Positions 37,813-42,750 of a stretch of 42,750 bases of DNA are shown here, in pieces. This stretch comes from Phoronis australis (Eukaryota; Animalia; Phoronida). A model generated the notes under the pieces. That model had not been told where the DNA came from. It worked only from the letters and a program-made list of their open reading frames with translations, and ran no database searches. The stretch spans positions 1 through 42,750 of the forward strand of contig NMRA01001179.1 of assembly GCA_002633005.1 (NCBI GenBank), in the 5' to 3' direction. Positions within the stretch are counted from its first letter, which is position 1; the number at the start of each line of letters is the position of its first letter. The translations under genes were made by a program, and so were the position numbers.

Positions 37813-38446
37813 TGTCGGAATAAATATTGATTGAGTAATAAGTAAAAATAGATCCATTTTAAGTAGCCCAAAATTTGTGCATATGTACTTTTAAATCTTG
37901 GGGTCAAACTTGTTGACATGTACTTTAACGTCAACATCTATTTTTAAATGGTGTTTTTATTAACCAATCACTAAATAAGTATACTATTATAATATGAGCT
38001 TAAGTCAACAAGATATTCAGATGAGCTAGATTAGTTGAAGCCCAAAGTCTTGCTACAGTGTGCAGAGGAAATTGTGCAACAGAGCCATCTCGTGGAAGAT
38101 TCTAGAAAGCATCTTGGCAAGGACAAGGGTTACGAACAGGAATTTAACTAAGAGCTTGTCACTTGCATAGTGGGTAGTAAGATAATACCTGAAGTGTTAC
38201 GTCACCAGAGACAGTGACCAGCAAGTACACTGTCGCTATACAGTGTGTGTAGTTCGAAGATCCACCAACAGGACCGTCATCCAACAAGTGGAGAGTCTTA
38301 GCTTGGATAGCAGATAAGACATTTGATTATTTTGGTTGATTGATTAAAGTAATCTTTAAAGAGGGAGCTAGCGTAGTTACTCTTCTTTGTATTTGATTAC
38401 TTAATTAACAACAGGTTTCACTTGTCTAATTAGGGGTTATCATATA
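37813..38446 (+). mobile_element. Solo or truncated LTR of the same gypsy family
   Basis: TGTCGGAATAAATATTGATT...CCAAAATTTGTGCATATGTACTTTT...GCTTGGATAGCAGATAAGACAT...GTTATCATATA is collinear with 4786-5588, with internal deletions. Confidence 0.9.
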
Positions 38447-38704
38447 ATAAATTAATTACTAGATTTGATTATTCACTCTCCATCTACACACAACCTCAAC
38501 GCATAGCTACATTTTAAACAATCCCACAGTCAATTGTCTGAAACACAGACACACACGCACACACCCGCACATACCTAAATAATAGAACTTCACGGTTGAT
38601 AAGTATTGAGGGTTTCCCAAAAAGCAGTTTTACGGGGTTGTATATTTCTTTCTTTACCATAATTGTACAAGAAACATCGAAATTGTGAGAACTTGATTTG
38701 TACG

Positions 38705-39860
38705 AGAAAGAAAACCAATAGACAGGGTTCTAGTTCTACTTCGCAATGCGAAATTGGTTCTAAGTAGCAACATAAAAATCATGGGTAAATCTCATTTCAG
38801 CCAATCTTGCACCACAATGCTTTTAGTGTTTCTTTCTTTGCCCTTCGAGTATTCTCTACGATTTCTGTGTTACGTATCTTATCTACACAACGTCCACGAT
38901 ATGCCAACACTTAAATTCTCCATAAAGTCGGGTTGACCTATTTCACCTAAATGACATACATGCTCCACCCACTGTTAATCACGTGATTATGAGCATTCGG
39001 ACAGACTCGACTGAGTAGCTAAAACTGTACGATTATTGCTAAAATGTATAATTAAAACCCATTTCAAAAGTCTGAGACACGGTGTTCTCAAAATGACGTT
39101 ATCAGCATGTTGACAAAAGACGAATATGATTGGGTGAACAATATTGTTAAAATCTCTGTTCAAGACAATTTTTTACTAAAGAACCTTGTCTCTTAAAAAT
39201 AAAGATTTGTAAAGAAGAATGATAAATTAAATTCTTTTAGCAAATTTATTCACCAGTAAGAAAATGTGTACTTTATAGCAGATACAGATACTTGCACATA
39301 AATAAAACCAAGGAAACAAAGCACACAGTTACCTTAAAACGAGCATTAGCGATTTTCGTTCTAGGTGATCACTGGCATTCTGCTCCTCGTTCTGAGAATA
39401 TTCCTACAGCTGAAGTCCAACACAAAAAATTATATTGAATAGATGGGGCCGGTAAACGTCAACAGTAACCCTTCCTTGAAAATGAAAATGCTTGAAGAGT
39501 CAAGTTGAATTTTTTATTTGCAATTAAAGTAGCATATCGCCACCGTGACTGTTTAACTGTCAATACTGAAATCGTAAATGAATTTTTTAGGGTAAAACAA
39601 CATTACTACGCTAATATGATTGTGAATTTATGACCAATTAGTCGGCAACCGAAGTCCTAATGCGTGCTTACTGTCGAAACATACGTATCGGGTAAAATAA
39701 ACCAGGGAACATTTTTGGGGAGCTACAAACGCCGATGTCTTAGATCTGCTGGTAACTTAAATCGAGTCCGACCAAGATTATGATTATTATGGGACCAGAT
39801 TTTGGGAGAGTGAAGGCATATTCCGATTATCGTTTTTTATCCAGCGGAACAGGGCGAAGT
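38705..39860 (+). repeat. Unclassified interspersed repeat, copy 2 (no TTAA insertion; lacks ~28420-28790)
   Basis: Collinear with 28055-29520 plus 31261-31362. Confidence 0.85.
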
Positions 39861-40149
39861 GCAGCTAGGAAAAAACTATCATGTTGAAGGTTTGCTGTTA
39901 TCAATACTTGTTTAGCATTTATTTGTTACTGCCATCCATTTTTGTTCTTAAATATCGCTTTTTCAATTTTGTTGAACCCCTATTTTTATAGTTATTTCGC
40001 CGTACACTAATATCATGGTTGTAATACCACGAAGTACATACACGCAATGTGTATTTGTTACCATACCTCATGATCACATGTACAGATACATTCATGAATT
40101 TGCGTGTCACGTGTTAAACTGTTGTGAACAAAGTGCTCAAACAAATTAT

Positions 40150-40560
40150 TTATGCCCAACACAATAGAGCGTGGAATCGATTACTGTGAGAACAGATTGT
40201 GGCAAAAAGCGCAGTGGCCTTGGTATCTAGAATACAGCAGCTTTTGCGAAAAACATGTCTAACACTGTCTTGTCTTCCAGCAAATGGAGCCTAATACACG
40301 CAGATTTCAACATATCTGGTACTTGACCCTAGCTGTAGTGTACGCAGATATTCAAATGTTATTCGACCGGGTTCATGGAGAAGCAGCCATCGAAGGCAGA
40401 AAAGTTCAATGTCCTTCGGATTGGCAGAGTAAATACGCCCAATAAAATTCTTGCTCCCTCCTTTTCTATCATGCGGATAAAGTTTGAGCCGGTAATCGAA
40501 ATTTTTCAACAATTTTTTTACAAACAGGTATTTACAACCTTGAGTTGCTTTTTGTAGCAA
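40150..40560 (-). mobile_element. Helitron Rep/Helicase fragment
   Basis: RKGG...IGRIYSANPKDIELFCLRWLLLHEPGRITFEYLRT matches the Helitron motif IGR.Y.V.P...E.Y.LR.LLLHV.G.TSFE.LRT. Confidence 0.8.
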
Positions 40561-42750
40561 CCGTTATATACCGTTAAAAAAGAAAATGAAGAACGGAGAT
40601 CAAGTACAAGTGGTATCCATTTGGTATATCAGTGTTATCAGCGATCAATCTCAATTAGCCTCTTCAACATAACGCTAGGACCTAGCTAAATCTTGCCAAA
40701 ATCACGCGCTCTTATTTAAAACAAACGGCAACATCTCACGTGATCTTGCAAAGTCTTGTTTTAGGGGCAGTTTGCCGGTGCTTCCGTCAGATTTGGAAAA
40801 CCTCCAACATTCGGGATTTGGAATTATAGGCCATAGTCCCAGCTCTCCTATCTTTCACTTCCGTGGCCACTTTCTGGGGGCAACGGGAACTTTGCATTAA
40901 ACCCATCTACAGATGTTCAAAAGTCAATTTCAAAAAAGTTCCCAAGAATACACTTGCACGTTTAGTTAGAATTTTAATTTAAATGTTGGAAAATATAACC
41001 TCAACTAATGTTAGCCACCAGGTGACAGTACAAAATGATCAGAGCAGCCAACCAAATGCCAGAAAAACATTGTGTCCATACCTTTCCCCTTCAAAAGTCG
41101 TCTGCTTGGCATAAAACATTAATCCGAGGACAATCAGCTGATGTTATCCCGCTGGCTTAGCTAGCTTGTTTATTGCTACTGACTTCATTGGATAGTATCA
41201 ATTCTTGGATCGGTGTGCAAGGTAATAGGCAATTACCAAATATGGACCAAGGCTCAAAAACCAGCAGGCAGCAGATAGGAATTGAGGAAAGCCAAATCAA
41301 GTGGCTGAAAATAGAGTGGACAGTATTCTTTAGCGAATCGCTTCGCGCATCTGTCACCGTGTTAAATTCGCTCATTACAATCGGAACAAAATCACCCAAA
41401 AATGTAATAAATGTGATTACAAATCATCACAAAGTATGAAGTAATATATTGTTTTACTTGTCTGATAATCTTTTTTGTCGCAAAATTCGTTTAGTAATAC
41501 TTTGCACGAGTTTTTTGCAGCGACGTGACCGATTGTTCAGAGCAAAATGGCTGCCGGTAAAAATGACTGCTATTTGGTTTTCAACCCAGGAGAGGACTAA
41601 ACTCGCGAATTTTTACGTGAAACTTCGTGAAAGAACACAAGGGAGCCTTGCAAACAGGATTATGTAAGTAGTTTTCACTTTCCTGCACTTAAAAGTTGAA
41701 AAAATCGTCTGTTCACGGGACCTTCAACTTCGATCTGAATTTATTGGTATATAGCATAATTTGCGAATGTAATGAACTGTATTTCGCACTAAAGGCTTCA
41801 TTGATGAGCTACTTCAAACACTTGTTCTAAACGAACACTTCGTCAATTTCTGACAATCGGGCGAATTTCTGACTCACTTCGTAGTTCCGGGTACTGCCGC
41901 TAGGGGTGGTCCTGTGAATCGCGTTGAATGTTTGGTTTACAATACTGAAGCACTNTGAATGTTTGGTTTACAATACTGAAGCACTTCAACTTTTCCTGAT
42001 GAAAACTCAATGTAAAAGAGAACTAAACAGTTATTTCTGGTAGTGAAAACACTGATTCTTATATATTTTTTTTCTGTTTTGCTTCACATTTTTGTTGGTC
42101 AAGCCACTGATAGACTTGGGTTGGCTCAGTGTTGCCAGATAGTTCCACACCCATCTTGCCTTATTGGTCATGACATTTTATTCAGAATATGTCAAGATAG
42201 AAAATGAAAATACTCTAATTTTAGATTAAACAAATATTACAAATGTACAGTTCTACTGCAGTCCTGTGTTTCCAAGACTTTGTGGTCTACTACCATGAAA
42301 CATATACATGCTTTCGATAAACTTTTTTTCTGACCACGGACCAGTATTAATAGTTTTTAACAGAACAGTTGAGGTTTGCCTAGATTGTTCATGAATCTCA
42401 CCCTGATCTATATCGTCCAGGTATGCTTTGTTAGAAGTTGCTGTGGACCAAACCAGTTGTTATTTTCTTCATTATTTATTTTCTTATAATTTCACTCCTA
42501 TTTATGAGTTTCTATCAATATCCTGTCTCACATTTCTTTCTCACCAGACTTTGCTTCTAGCTCTTCGTCCAGATCCTTCTACTTTCCTGCTTCTACTGAT
42601 TCTATTTGCATTTTATCAGTTATTCAGTTGGATATGATCTCATGGACACACGGTCAAAGCCTCCTTCAGTTTGGCTCTCCCCTCCACCTATCAGGCGGTG
42701 CTTTTCAGCTCCTGATGCTGTTGAGGAGTCCGCGAAGAAGTACCGTATGC

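Noticed and set aside
41925-41985. Perfect 30-bp direct repeat
   Set aside because: The copies sit either side of an N at 41955, the signature of an unmerged contig overlap.
41000-42750. Short ORFs near the window end
   Set aside because: No recognisable domain or consistent splice pattern.

Overview
AT-rich metazoan (probably invertebrate) genomic DNA; no prokaryotic operon, rRNA or CRISPR array is present, and most ORFs in the track are spurious. The window is dominated by one intron-rich + strand adhesion GPCR gene (~0.6-34.6 kb). I reconstructed 14 GT-AG exons with matching phases: C-type lectin-like domain, Ser/Thr stalk, GAIN domain with GPS site (CTCNHM/TNFALL), secretin-like 7TM and a short tail, roughly 840 aa in total. 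Two parts are unresolved: the signal peptide appears one base out of frame, and the TM5/ICL3 exon has no clean candidate. Introns and the 3' flank hold a decayed Ty3/gypsy element with the inverted INT-RT-RNaseH order (Gmr1-like) and a second LTR copy, two LINE fragments, a TTAA-flanked Kolobok-like insertion whose empty site is visible in the window, a MITE, a tRNA-derived retroposon, a Helitron fragment and several minisatellites. A ~1.5-kb duplication of two GAIN exons across an N is probably an assembly artefact. I see no convincing wholly new system; the best leads are the receptor and its anomalies. All family calls come from motif recognition by eye, not database searches.
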